This document shows, in pieces, positions 23,571 through 36,242 of a stretch of DNA of 64,000 nucleotides (positions are counted from its first letter, which is position 1; each line of letters begins with the position of its first letter). The position numbers and the translations under genes are program-made. The stretch is taken from the NCBI RefSeq assembly GCF_964194155.1, contig NC_135880.1, positions 151,342,001 through 151,406,000 of the forward strand. The letters are read 5' to 3'. Source of the stretch: Cetorhinus maximus. Its lineage: Eukaryota. The notes beneath the pieces are model-generated. The model saw only the letters and a list, made by a program, of their open reading frames with translations, did not search any database and was not told the DNA's origin.

Positions 23571-23946
23571 TGAATGGGCTACAAATGCTGGTCTTGACAG
23601 CCACACTCATTTCCCATATTAAAAAAAACTACAGCTATATGTAACGCCACTATGTTTAGTTCTTCACATGCAAGCTTAAACTGGGAGTACAACTGGGAAT
23701 AATCTTATCTCAAGTAGTGTTCTGATGGTTCAACTACATAAAAATCAGGCAAAATAGACTTCCAAGACCCTCTTGTAGCACAACATTTAGAGAATGATCA
23801 TGAATAAGAATCTACAATGGTCTTGTCCTTCGTTAAGTTTTAAGTTTAATTTATATCTTGTATTTGGGTGTTAAGAAAGGCGAAACCTGGTTTTAGTTTC
23901 ATTTAGAGGTGTTTGGGGAGCTGGGTGCCAGGAAGTCTAGGGCCCT

Positions 23947-24688
23947 AACAAAAACAAAAATACCTGGAAAAACTCTGCAGGTCTAGCAGCATCTGTGGAG
24001 AGGAGCACAGTTAACGTTTCGAGTCCGAATGACCCTTCAACAGAACAAAGTAAAAATAGAATAGAGGTGAAATATAAGCTGGTTTAAGGGGGGGGGGGTG
24101 GGACAAGTACAGCTGGATAGAGGGCCAGTGATAGGTGGAGATAACCAAAAGATGTCACAGACAAAAGGACAAAGAGGTGTTGAAGGTGGTGATATTATCT
24201 AAAGGAATGTGCTAATTAAGCGTAGAAAGCAAGTCAAGCAAGGTACAGATAGCCCTAGTTGGGGTGGGGTGGGGTGAAGGAATCAAAAAAGGCTAAAAGG
24301 TAGAGATAAAACAATGGATGGAAATACATTTAAAAATAATGGAAGTAGGTGGGAAAAGAAAAATCTATATAAATTATTGGAAAAAAAAGGGGGAGGGGAA
24401 ATCGGAAAGGGGGTGGGGATGGAGGAGAGTGTTCATGATCTAAAATTGTCGAACTCAATGTTCAGTCCGGAAGGCTGTAAAGTGCCTAGTCAGAAAATGA
24501 GGTGCTGTTCCTCCAGTTTGTGTTGAGCTTCACTGGAACAATGCAGCAAGCCAAGGACGGACATGTGGGCATGAGAGCAGGGTGGAGTGTTGAAATGGAA
24601 AGCGACAGGGAGGTCTGGGTAATACTAGCGGACAGACCGAAGGTGTTCTGCAAAGTGGTCACCCAGTCTGCGTTTGGTCTCTCCAATG
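23947..24688 (-). mobile_element. Penelope-like element, family A (GIY-YIG C-terminal part + pLTR)
   Basis: Minus strand YIGETKRRLGDHFAEHLRSV..PVAFHFN..KLEEQHLIF.LGTLQPSGLNIEF; flanked by the direct repeat TAGGGCCCT (23938-46 / 24689-97). Confidence 0.9.
24009..24046 (-). ncRNA. Minimal type-I hammerhead ribozyme motif in PLE pLTR (one core mismatch)
   Basis: GTT-CTGTTGA-A-GGGTC(ATTCG)GACTC-GAA-AC|GT-T-AAC: stem I GTT/AAC, 5-bp stem II, palindromic loopless stem III. Core A6 is changed to U. Confidence 0.6.
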
Positions 24689-26794
24689 TAGGGCCCTGTT
24701 TGTATATATGCATTTTTAATGAAGAGGTAGGCTATCAAGGGGTTAGTAGTTTATCGAAGTCAAAAACAAATAAAGTAGAAAAAAACTCTGCTGTTGCCTA
24801 GCGACAGGAGTCCAGAGACACACAAGAGAGACAGGAAAACACAGAAGGGCAGTCAGTTAGTGTGTGAATGCCAGAGAGTGCAGACAGAAGGTCTAATCCC
24901 TCTAATAGGGAATCCTGCAAGTCTGCTGGGGAACTGAGTTTAGGGAACTCCTGTGTTTGCTCTGAAGTTGAAGTAATAGTGAGTTTAGGTTGTGGTTTTC
25001 GGGTGTCTCAGGGAGAGATACCAGCTGAAGAAAAGCATGTCGTGAATGCTCAGAAATCCGCCAGAACAAAACTGCTTGAAACTGAGCTAATCCAAGCAAG
25101 AAATCTTGGTGTTGAGGCAATGGTAAACCTTCTTTTGCATTTTGTGTCTGTAAGGGTTGCTGGGAAAAATGGTTTGAATCATTTTCTGGATCTGTATTGA
25201 AATCTTTTTAAACTTTTTGTCTAGGCTAATATAGTTCATTATTTTTTGTTTAACAAATGTTTTATTCTTTGTCCTAACAGTATACTGGCAGACTTTTGTG
25301 GATGTGTTCAGTAACAGCCCTCCACAGTTTTTAAAAAAACGTTAGGATCACCAAGCCGGGTTTCACTCTGGGACCGACCTGACTTGTCCAGTATTAACAT
25401 CAGCTGGGATCGTAAACCTTGACAAATGGTGGGAATAAATAATACTTTCCCAGGATCCAGTTTTATTCCTATACATGGAATGTTATCATGTTGGGGAACT
25501 GAACACTTGTTCACGTTTTGCCCCTCATGTTCTGGTGTTCTTGTGCAGTCAAATACCATCATAATGAGGGTTACTTAGGTTCCAACTGACGAGTGAAGGT
25601 TTTCCAGCAAATTATTGCATACTCCTAAAAGTGATGGTTAACCATGTGTTCAAACTTCTGTCAGGACAGTTTACAAATCAATAATCATGCATCTGAGAGA
25701 GATCCATACAGAAGAAATCTTTAAAGTTCTGCCAATACTGAGACATTCCCATAGGTGTAGAATTAAATAAATGTAGGCTAAAGCTCACATATCCCTATCC
25801 CAATAAGGAACAATGGCTGAAATCTTAAAAGGATGACCTTATAAAATAATCTCTCTTGAGATTTGGACCTATGCGATGAATTACAGACAGAAATCAGCAT
25901 TCCCTTGCATTTCAGTTCATTCTAAACAAAATTCTTGACACTGGAAGAAATTGTGGTTTTATTGACCAAAGTGAGAGGTGAGTACTAGTTCTAGTCTTGC
26001 TGTACTCAGTTCCGATATGAGGACATGACGCGGAGTAGGGAACGGCCAAGTAGTGGTGTCAGAGTGGAAGTTAAAGCAGAGGCTTACCTGCATCAGGTCT
26101 CTGATGCTTCCTGCAACTGATGACCGTAGGCACTGGCAGTCGCTTGGGAATAAGCCATATGCCAGCCTTATTTGCTGCAGAGACGGAGCCAAGCAGAAAA
26201 GAAAATGGGGATTCTCTCAATACCACAACAGCTATTACTGTAACTGGACCATGCACCTTAAGGTCTGGAAACTGTGCCTTTTCAGTAAGCTGCCCTTGCA
26301 GGGTTGTATCCCTAAGGATTAGCAACTGTCCTATTCACAATAATTTTATTCACTTGTCTAAACGCTGCACTACCACACATGTTGGAATACCACTTACCGA
26401 ACTCTGCTTAGATTTTACAGGTTGAAACAACATATTTCCAATTAATTCTGAATGTTAAGTGCAAACGTAGAAATACATGAAGGAACGAGGTAAAATAAAA
26501 TCGAAAACATGTTATAAAAGATCTGCTTCTCTTGAAAGAGCACATGTACATACAAATACGAGTGTTCTGATCCTTGTTGGAAGAAAGGTTTTTGCCTCTG
26601 AATGGCAAGTCCTGCCCGGTTCCATCCCCATATAGTTTTGGAGTGTGGTATAATTTCTATGACAACTGTTACATGTAATGAAATGGAGGATTCCATGTCA
26701 CCGGATGCAAAAACTCAAATGGTAGTAAAACGGAAACAGACTCCATCTTTCAACACATTAATTCTTTTGAAGCGAGGTTATCAGACAGACTTTT

Positions 26795-29081
26795 GGCCCG
26801 AATTTTCCGAGCAGTGGCAATCACAGTCGGATTGCCACTCTGCTCCTACTTTTGCCTGCCACACTGGAGCTCTGCCTTTCAGGCCAGGATTTCTGACCCC
26901 GATTTCTCCAGAAGATTACAGCAGAGCTTACAGTCGCTCCAAGAGCTTCTTCATAGCGTTGAAGTGTCGGAGGAAGATAAGCCATGCCCCATTTTTATGG
27001 CACTAACTGCTTTATTCTGCAAGTGAAGAGTTTAAATGTCCAAAAGCTTCTTTGAAAAGCTACAGAGAAAAGATAAGTGGGGCAGGGTGGGCAAGGGGGT
27101 AGGGTTGGTAAGGTAAATGGGTAGGAGGGTAGGGTTGGTAAAGAGGTAGGGTGGGTAAGAGCGTAGGGTTGGTAAGGTGAGTGGGTAGAGGGGTAGGTGA
27201 CAGTGGGTAGGGCAGCAGGATGAGGTGGGTGAGTGGGTAGGGTCGGGGGTAGTCAGTTGGTGGGGTAGCCGGGTGTTGGGGGTGAGTCAGGTCGGGTCGT
27301 GGGGTAACTCTGGGAGTATGGTCATGGGGGCTAGTCAGATCAGGGGCAAGTCAGGTCGGGTCAGGGGGACGTCATGAGATCAGGCGGTGGGGGCTATTAA
27401 GGTCAGGTCAGGGTTAGTCAGGTCGGCTCGGTTGTGGGGAGTAATCAAGATGTCAAGGGGTAGTCATTTAGTGAAGGCTAGTCAGGTTGGGTGGGGAACG
27501 GGGTAGTCGGGGGGGTCGGGGTTGGAGTTGGGGGAGGTCGAGGGGAAGTCAATGTTACTGATTGAGACATCAGTTGTATAGTTACCAAGGAGTTAGGCTA
27601 GAGGCAGCATCATCCCAGATTTGCACCAAGTGCGGTAGTGGGCGGGTAAAATGACGTTTTATCCAACAGCCGCGATGGCAGGTTTTCACGCCATATCATC
27701 CGAAGCCCGCCGCATTACATATATATTCCGGGAAACATGCCATTTCCATGGCAGGCGGGCTTTCATTCACCCGCCACGTCATCACCTCGTCTAGCCACGT
27801 GCACACATCTCAGTGCTTCCAGCCCACGACTATGCAGGGAAGATGTCCACGAAACGCAAAAAGAGGGCAGCCCCCAGGTTCAATGACACGTCACTGGAAT
27901 GCCATTTGGATGCCATGGAGGCCTAATATGATGTCCTCTACCCCCACTCTGGTTGCAGGATTGGCAACAGCATCACCAACCCAGCATGGCAGCAGTGGTC
28001 AGTGCCAATGCTGCACAGAAGAGGTTGGCCATCCAATGCAGATAAAGGATGAATGATCTCATCTGTGCCGCCAGGTTATGGCAACCACCTCATCACTCTA
28101 AACTCACATACTCAAGGCCATCACACATTCACTGGCATCTCATTCACTGCCAGCTCAAGGGGCATCACCACTCATTCTCACACATATACCATCACATGTC
28201 CACCTGGCCTCACCTCCTCTGGAGACTGCCTCCTCAGCCCTCACCATCTTGAGGCCACTTGCACAGATCAACATGTGCCCCCCCCGCATACCCTGGGATA
28301 CCCCAATTCCCCAGTACAGCTCTCGTCCTGCAGCCTCTTCCCTTGTCTGAGGCCACTTCTCCCCCTTCCCCAAGCAAGAGCCTGTCCTGCAGCCATTGAA
28401 AAGCCATGCACATATGGCTGATCTGGTAGGTAGAGACCTACCCGTGAGCCCCCCTAAAAATGATGTGGTGCTGTCTGTGAAGCCTGGCACTGATGACTGT
28501 GGGTGCTGACCGAAACAAGGTAGGCAAACAAATCTTGGAAGTCCCGAGCAAAGTGCAGCCCACCTGGTGCAAGTCACTTATGTACAGTTGTTAAACACAT
28601 TGGCGTGTTTCCCTGCCGATGTGGGCAGACAATCCAATAAGGGGGAGCAGGGGCCATGAGTCTGGCGGGCTGGCCCTATAGCGATATGCAGATGAGGTTC
28701 CTGACATCCGATGGCGGGCTGAGCGGGAAATTGCAAACTGGTTTGACACCGTCGTGAAATCGACCACGCCATATTGTCTGCTCACCCCACCAAACCTGCC
28801 CGACGCTAGGGAGCACGTAAAATCCCAGCCTAGGTTTTTCTTCTGTCTAACATTTCCTGGGTAACTATTCAGGGAATCAAGTTGGATTGGATTGCCTGAA
28901 GTCTCTGACTCTTAACTCCGAGTTGGAGATATTTTCGGAAGGTCCCAGGGAGCTGCCCATCAGAAGTTCAAACTGGGTAATTCCCACAGAGTCCTTGCAT
29001 TGGGCCTTCTGAGGGGCCCCACAGTGCATCTTCTAAGGTATTTCTGGTCTCTGACCATCTGGAGGGTAGATGATCTGGGCC
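26795..29081. mobile_element. Harbinger-like MITE with GGGT/GGGTC-rich interior, hosting a nested element
   Basis: Ends GGCCCGAATTTT / rc GGCCCAGATCAT; G-rich degenerate repeats at 27080-27550. Confidence 0.55.
27602..28830 (+). mobile_element. Internally deleted PIF/Harbinger element retaining Myb/SANT exon 1
   Basis: Left end matches 42618 onward; frameshifted APRFND..LDAMEA..VVSANAAQKRLAIQCR.RMNDLI; right end ..TAAAATCCCAGCC; TAG TSD at 27599-601 and 28831-33. Confidence 0.85.
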
Positions 29082-30479
29082 ATTATATCTACAATATATA
29101 AAATAAAAATCACATCACCCAAATGTGGAGCGTCACAGGATCCCATGAAGCAAAACATAGAAAATACCTATTTGATCTGTTAAGATCCGAACGACATTAA
29201 CATGCTTCCAAATGCCATTTTTTTAGAACAAGATATTCAAAGCAATGAAACAATTGATTGATTACAGAAAGCATTTGCTACTTACATCGTGGTAGCCATT
29301 AGCAATTTATGTCAGGAACTAAACTGACCTCAGTTAAGAAGCAGCCATCAAGCTTCTTTAATTAGGAAAAAAAACAAGGTTCAGATTTGTGATAGCTATA
29401 TAAAAAAAAACCTTTTTGTCATTGATATTTCTTTTAGAAAAATTAAGGTAAAAAGATATAGCATCTCATTTTGGTCTAAGCAATAAATGTTAATGAGTTC
29501 CTACGCTCGATTGTTTGATGGAGCTCAGCAAACTTCTTGAAGTATCCTGGATTTCCAACTAGCTCTGATAATTTCTCTTGCACAAAGCAGTCAAGCACTA
29601 ACTTCCCTCAGGTAGGAGTCCCAATCAAGATTTACCATTTAAACACAGGTGGTAAAATTATCAAAAGGCTGCAAAACCTATCTGCCCCCATCCCTAACGT
29701 ATCGATTTTTAAAAAGATGGCAATGCTGCATCTCTGAGGGCAACTGAAGATCACATTTTTCTTCTTGAAGAACAGACGATGGAATGTTAAAACCCCCAAT
29801 AAATCTGTAACTTCACATTCATTTTGGGCTTCACAAAACAAATAGAACAGTTCATTACAACTGCCTGCTGTAGCCTTCAGGCGCCAAACAATTGCAATAA
29901 ATAAATAAAATGAGTGGTGAAACTTGTTAGCGTTACAATTAGACCTTTTCCTGTGAACTGTAATTACACTGCAGTGTTGCCATTTCTAGGAAGCCTCCTC
30001 CTAGGATCATAGTACAGCTTGCTCTGTGAAGAGATATGCTAACCTTCAGAATCAGCAGAAATGGAAAACAAAGATTTAGTCAGCTTTTCATCATAAATCT
30101 ACGAAAATGAAAAACAAGAGCTCCAGGGCCTCAAGAAACCACTGATGTGATATAAACGGACATAATTGCAAGCATGGAGATTCATTTCACTTATTTGATG
30201 CAGTTTGCTTCATTTATAGCTTTGTTTAATTATTAAATGCTTCGTGGAGTCAGTGCATAGTTATATAGCTCCCAGCAATATTAATCCGTTATCATCCAAT
30301 ATATGTAGCTGAAGTTATTCCTCATTCATAGTGAATAGTAGCACGTTTGCTTGGAGATGACATATTTACAACTTTATACTATATTTCTTTAACAAGTAAC
30401 TCATTCTTCGTATTAACTGACCTTGACCATTAATGTTGATCATCAGTATCAGCAACTAATAGTTAGAGAAGAGCAAACA

Positions 30480-30870
30480 AATGTGCATTCATATATATCT
30501 CATCACATCTTAAACTTTTCAACCAACAGACAAGTGCAGTAACTGTTATGCAAGCAAATGCAGCAAACAATACAGGTGCAGCAAAGACCTACGAGCAAAG
30601 AATTAACAGATAAGCTTTTCTTGGGTGATAGTGGTCAATAAATGAGGTTTACTGATTCGTCAGGAGAATATCCAGCTCTCGTCTGAATAGTGCTCTCTAT
30701 TCTTTCATATCCAGATAAACAGGTAAATAAGGGCTGGTTTAACAACTCTGAACCTCTAGTAATGCACCTCTCTCTCAGTACAGCACTGAAGTGTCAGCCT
30801 AGATCATAGGGCAGTTTAAACCAATAACCTTCTAACTTGGGTGTGAGTGCTACCAACTGAATCAAGTCAG
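30480..30870 (-). mobile_element. Old Deu-domain SINE
   Basis: Reverse-complement similarity to 16115-16455 (CAGTACAGCACTGAAGTGTCAGCCTAGAT). Confidence 0.6.
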
Positions 30871-31228
30871 CACTGCCTACAGAAATTCAAGGCTGCAATA
30901 TCGTGTAATTGATATTGTAAGGATGAGTCCTATACTGCGGGTGTGACTAAGGTGGACCACCTTCTGCAGACTCCTGTCCTGATATATAGAGTGACCTCTC
31001 CATATAGCTGCTTTCAATCTGTGGAGGAATGCATGGTGAGGTCCATGGTGTGCAGATTCCGGGTTTCATTCTTTTCTTAAATCATTTCATCACAGATGTG
31101 GTGCTTAGTCACCAGTCAGTACAAGCATGAAAAAATCCATCTGAACAGGTTTGTGTTAGATTTCGTCAGGAAGATAGAGAACGACAAGCTAATGAATAGG
31201 CTAGACATCTTTGTGATGGTGTGCTGAG

Positions 31229-31945
31229 TGTAATTCAACAACTGCTGCACAACTGCGGAATCACATCTAACAGTAGATATTTTGGTTTGGGTTTTACAAG
31301 CTTGGACTAGTTGAGTACTGCCTGTACTCTGCCTATTACGAACAACCAAAGGAATATGTCACTTGATTCAATCAGCCAATCACTGGGACATACGGCCTAC
31401 GTACCTGGCCTTGCACCGGCATTGAAATTCATACATGATTTTGCTCAATTGTGTGGTAGGCAGAATGTCTTTTTGGACTGATGGCAGCATCCTGTTAGTG
31501 GAAAATATTATTTGCATAACCACTGCATAGTAACAGTGTGAAACGGCTTGCTTAACCTATCATTCCAATCCTGAGTGCACTAATAGCTACACTAACAAGC
31601 AATTTAAGATAATCAGTTAAGTTCATAACGTGGCTCATTTACGCTTGCTAGAAGTGACATACATTCATACCCCTTCTCTGCAAACAAGAGGAATATGTTC
31701 AAGCTTTGTGGCTTTTTGAACTACCTGGGAGCTTAGGGAGCCTACATTTACCCATTGCTTTCTCAATGGCAACACTTCAGCCAATCAGAGTCAACTTGCC
31801 AACTAAAGAGCAGCCTTTTTATCCTGTAGTATAAACAATTGCAATTGTTTGCTATTTGACATACTTTCCTTATGAGTGCAAGACAAAAAGCGTTGGCAAC
31901 ATGTCTCTCTTTTCATCAATATTCAAGTTCTGTACTACCAAGTGA
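31229..31945. mobile_element. Penelope-like element, family B, with inverted 5' segment
   Basis: Minus 31560->31229: IFSTNRMLPSVQKDILP..MYEFQCRCKARYVGRMSQ*LAD*IK*H..DSAVVQQLLN (GIY-YIG-type). Plus from 31567: NPECTNSYTNKQFKIIS..HLRLLEVTYIHT, then a 3' UTR. Confidence 0.8.
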
Positions 31946-32059
31946 CTTGTTCACAGAAACATAAAAGCCTCATATACAATTGGAGTTCCAGATCTTGGCA
32001 ACATCTAGGAAGTTTAGACATTTCTCCATAGAATGTAGAACGAGCCACCACAGACATTT

Positions 32060-32175
32060 GGGCCGGGATTCTCCGGCCCTGTCATGGCGGGACCCGCTGT
32101 GGGCGACTCAGCAGCCCAGCCAATGGTCAATTGACTTTCAGTGGGACCGCACAATCCCGGTGGTGGTGCACCTCC
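32060..32175. mobile_element. Short GC-rich Harbinger-like MITE fragment
   Basis: Begins GGGCCGGGATTCTCC, resembling the family TIR; GC-rich island in AT-rich context. Confidence 0.4.
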
Positions 32176-33669
32176 TGGCAGCTATTCCCTGTTCTATGGT
32201 TCATGAAGGTGAAGTAATATTATTTTTTGTTTCCAAAACGGAACAGTTATAAATTCAGACTGTCCGTTCTTACAACTGGTGCAACCAATAAGTTGCACTT
32301 TATCAGCCAATGAGTTGGAGGTGGGGCAGGAATTTGGACAACTGAAATCAAATTGTATACTTTACAGCACAGTCTATTTACTCAACAAAGAGTTATCTGA
32401 ACAGCACACTGCAGCAAACAGCCAACAAATTCTACTTAAAACAAGCCTTCATGAACTAGGGGAAATAGAACTCATGCCCGAAGCTACAACAACTTCTATG
32501 AGTAGTAAGATTATTTCTCCAGCAAGATGCAGTGAGTAAAGGATAGCTCATAACACAAATTGATTACTTCTCCAGCAAGTTACAGTAACCAGAAGTTAGT
32601 TATATACAAATTATGTATATAATTTCAATCCTAGTCACTTACAACGATATCTCCAGGAGTGTTTGAATTACCCATTCGGGTCAAGAATAGTGGTGTCGCT
32701 ACATGCAACCTTATAAATTTGAATGGGAGAAATAAATATTATTTGGTTTCCAAAGCAGCAGCATGTCTACGGGATCAGGTAAATCCAGTGGCACTTGAAT
32801 TGGTTTGAAGTAAAAACTTCCAATCTTGACTATGGAGCCACTCTTGGACATATTCTGTAATTGATGTCACTACAGTGTCTTAACTGTAAAAAGCCTGATC
32901 TTCAAGCATCACCATTTTGATAGGGAATTTGAAGCTACCATTTTCTTCTGCACTTCCTTCAACTTTACTCCCTTTTAAGAAAAGATGAGTTATTCTGTGC
33001 CTGCAGAGTTAATGATTTGGTATGATGCATATGCACGATTCAGTGCTGATCATGCAAGTTACTTAAGATCAGATGTCAATTTCAAATGGAACAGATACTA
33101 ATGAAAGTGCCACCTGCACTTCAGGGATTTCCCCATAGATCTAATCTACAAGACCATTTTGCAGGCTTTGTAGGGGCTACAGGACAATCAATAACATGCG
33201 AGAATCTATAAAGTACATTACAATTAAAAGTGTGGATCGCTGACTCCACTAATATCTTACTGTGCTAAGCCTAAAATGACAAGGAAACAAATGTGTCAAA
33301 AGGCAGCAATGGATGCAAACTGAAAATCAGTGGTGCAAATAGGACAACTTCCAACACTCACTTTCCTTGCATTCCTGAGGAATGTTGCTTGTGATTATTT
33401 ACTTTTCTATTATTATTAAATTGAGGCATTCATGAATCAGCTCCTACTAATTACAGTGCAAGTTCCAGCACTTTAATCATATTAGAAAGTCGACAGACCC
33501 CAAAATAACAACAGCCAATGAAAGAGGAAAGCAACCAATTGAAATATGAGAACATCACTGCCAACTGAAAATACCTCACTTTCATTGAATTTTAGAGCAG
33601 GCGTTTAAAAAAATGCAAAGACATTATTTGAATGGAACAGTGAGTAAGGGTGCTTTTATGCTGATCACC

Positions 33670-34750
33670 CTTGAAGCAAGCATTAGCAGACAGGAAACAG
33701 AGAGGAGGAATAAATGGGTATTTTTCGGAATGGCAAACGGTAACTAGTGGGGTACCAGAGGGATCAGTGCTTGGGCCCCAGCTATTCACAATATATATCA
33801 ATGATTTGGATGAGGGAACCAAATGTAATATTTCCAAGTTTGCTGACGATACGAAACTTGGTGGGAATTTGAGCAATGAAGAGGGTGTTAAGAGGCTTCA
33901 AGGCAATTTAGACAGGTTGAGTGAGTGGGCAAATACATGGCAGATGCAGTGTAACGTGGATAAGCGTGAAGTTATCCACTTTGGTAGGAAAAACAGAATG
34001 GTAGAGTATTATTTAAATGGTGATGGATTGGAAAATGTTGATGTACAAAGGGACCTGGGTTTCCTTGTACACTAATCACTGAAAGCAAGCATGTAGGTGC
34101 AGCAAGCAGGTAAGGCGTCAAATGTTGGCCTTCATTGCGAGAGATCTTGAGTACAGGAGCAAGGATGACTTACTGTAGCTGCACAGGGCCTTGGTGAGTC
34201 CACACCTGGAGTACTGTGAGCAATTTTGATCTTCTTACCTAAGAAAGGATATACTTACCATAGAGGGACTGCAGCAAAGGTTCACCAGGCTGATTCCTGG
34301 GATGGCAGGATTGTCGTATGAGGAGAGATTGGGCCGACTGGGCCTATGTTTACTAGAGTTTAGAAGAATGAGAGGAGATCTCATTGAAACATAAAATTCT
34401 GACAGGGATAGACAGACTGGATGCAGGGATGATATTTCCTCTGGCTGGGGTAGACCGAACAAGAGGTCACAATCTCAGGATAGACAATTTAAGGCTGAGA
34501 TGAGGAGAAATTTCTTCACTCAGTGGGTGGTGAACCTGTGGAATTCTCTACCACAAAAGGCTGTACAGGTCAAGTCACTGAATATATTTGAAAAGGAAAT
34601 AGATAGATTTCTAGACTCTAAAAGCATCAAGGAGTATGGGGAGAGTGCAGGAATACGTGTTGAGATAGAGGATCAGCCAAGATCATACTGAATGATGCAG
34701 CAGGCTCAAAGGTCCAAATGACCTACTCATGCTCCTATTTCTATGGTTCT
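33670..34750 (+). mobile_element. 5'-truncated CR1 LINE
   Basis: SGVPEGSVLGPQLFTIYINDLD..SKFADDTKLGG; VVNLWNSLPQ; 3' tail. Confidence 0.92.
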
Positions 34751-34752
34751 AA

Positions 34753-35428
34753 GGGCAGAATTTTGCCCTCGTCGGGTAGGTGCAGTGGGCGGGCCTGCGA
34801 GTGGTTGCAAAGCCAACCGCCGCCCGCGATCGGGCCCCGACATGATTGCACGCTGGCTAGCCAAGTATCGTGAAATGAAACGTGCTGCAGTGCTTAGCGC
34901 TGCCGGGGTGGGGGTGGGAGGAGCGTGAGCGCGCAAGTGTGCACATGTGCAGGGGCACGTGCTTTAAAAGCTCCCTGAGGCACAGAACTGCCTCAGGGAG
35001 CTGAAGAATTTTGAAAATAAAAAATTAAGAATTTAAAAATGTTAATAACATGTCCCCTCATGTAGCTTTGTCACATGAGCAGAGACAGGTTAGAAATTTG
35101 TTTAAAAATTTATTTATTTTTTTAAAATCACTGAATGAAACCTCAGCCCGCCCGTGGATGAGGTTTGAAGAAATATCAAAAGGCTGCTTGGCTTTTCGCC
35201 TGCCCACCAAACGCAAGGTTGGATGGGCAACGAAAAATTTAATTTAATTAGAACTTTAATGGCCTTAATAATTCTGTTAATTGTTGGTGGGTGCGCTACC
35301 AACTCCCGCGTGTGCCCACCAACCAAAATATCGCGCAAATGCGCGATGACATCAGAACGCTCACCCAATGTCATCACGCGTCATTTTACGCTTGTTTGGG
35401 TTGGACGTGCGCTCGTAATATTCTGCCC
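34753..35428. mobile_element. Harbinger-like MITE, same family as 19591-20209
   Basis: TIRs GGGCAGAATTTT / rc GGGCAGAATATT; same internal hairpins; inserted in the CR1 tail; TSD imperfect (TAA/TGT). Confidence 0.85.
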
Positions 35429-36242
35429 TGTGTTTCTAAGCCTAATTGCAGGAATCAGCTTCCAGCATTGATGCTGCTGTTTATGGCTTCTGCATAGCAG
35501 CTGCAGACTTAAATAATTTCAAACCATCGCTCTGCAGGAACCTTATATTAAAGCATTAATGATTCCAGGATTCCAACCTGAGAAAGGATCAATATTAAAG
35601 GTCATGAAATGGACCTTCTACTGTGAGTCAAAAAAGACCAAGAAGTTCTCTGGTTCCATTTCTAAGTTTGCCAATTATAGTTTAATTGGTCTCCATTTCC
35701 TGGTTAAAGATCAGTCATGGTTCTATCCAAAGAACAACGTCTACTCAAAAATTCATGGTTCTGGCCATCAACTGAACAAAATATTAGTTTTGGCAGTGAT
35801 ACGTTACCCCTACCCAAAATCAGTCCAACAAAAAGTCACCTTTGAATTTGCACCATAGTTGCTTTTACAGCGGTTCTGAGCCCTGCCAATACTGCTAGCT
35901 CCTGATGTGCATGATCAGCACTAAACTGTGTATATGGATTGTACTCGATCATTAATTGTAGAGATACAGAATAATTCATCCTTAAAGGGGAGCAAATTCA
36001 CAAGAAGTATTGAAGAAAATAGTAATTACAAATCATCTATCAACATGGTGACCCTTGAGGATAAGGCTTTTTCAGCTTGGGCACTGTGGTAAAATCAGTT
36101 GTAGAATATGTCCAGAGAGCGACTCCATAGCTAGGATCGGAAGCATAGCTGATGGCAGTCCCATGGCAAACCTGATGAATCTGTAAAGGCCACTTGGTCG
36201 CCCTAGAAGGAAGCCTGTCTCTTTCTGGAAACTTCAGTCTAG

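Larger units (their letters stand above)
23869..25417. mobile_element. Probable solo LTR interrupted by a Penelope insertion
   Basis: Starts TGTTAAGA and ends ..GGGATCGTAA(AC), an imperfect TG..CA-type inverted terminus; non-coding; continuous across the TAGGGCCCT duplication. Confidence 0.45.
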
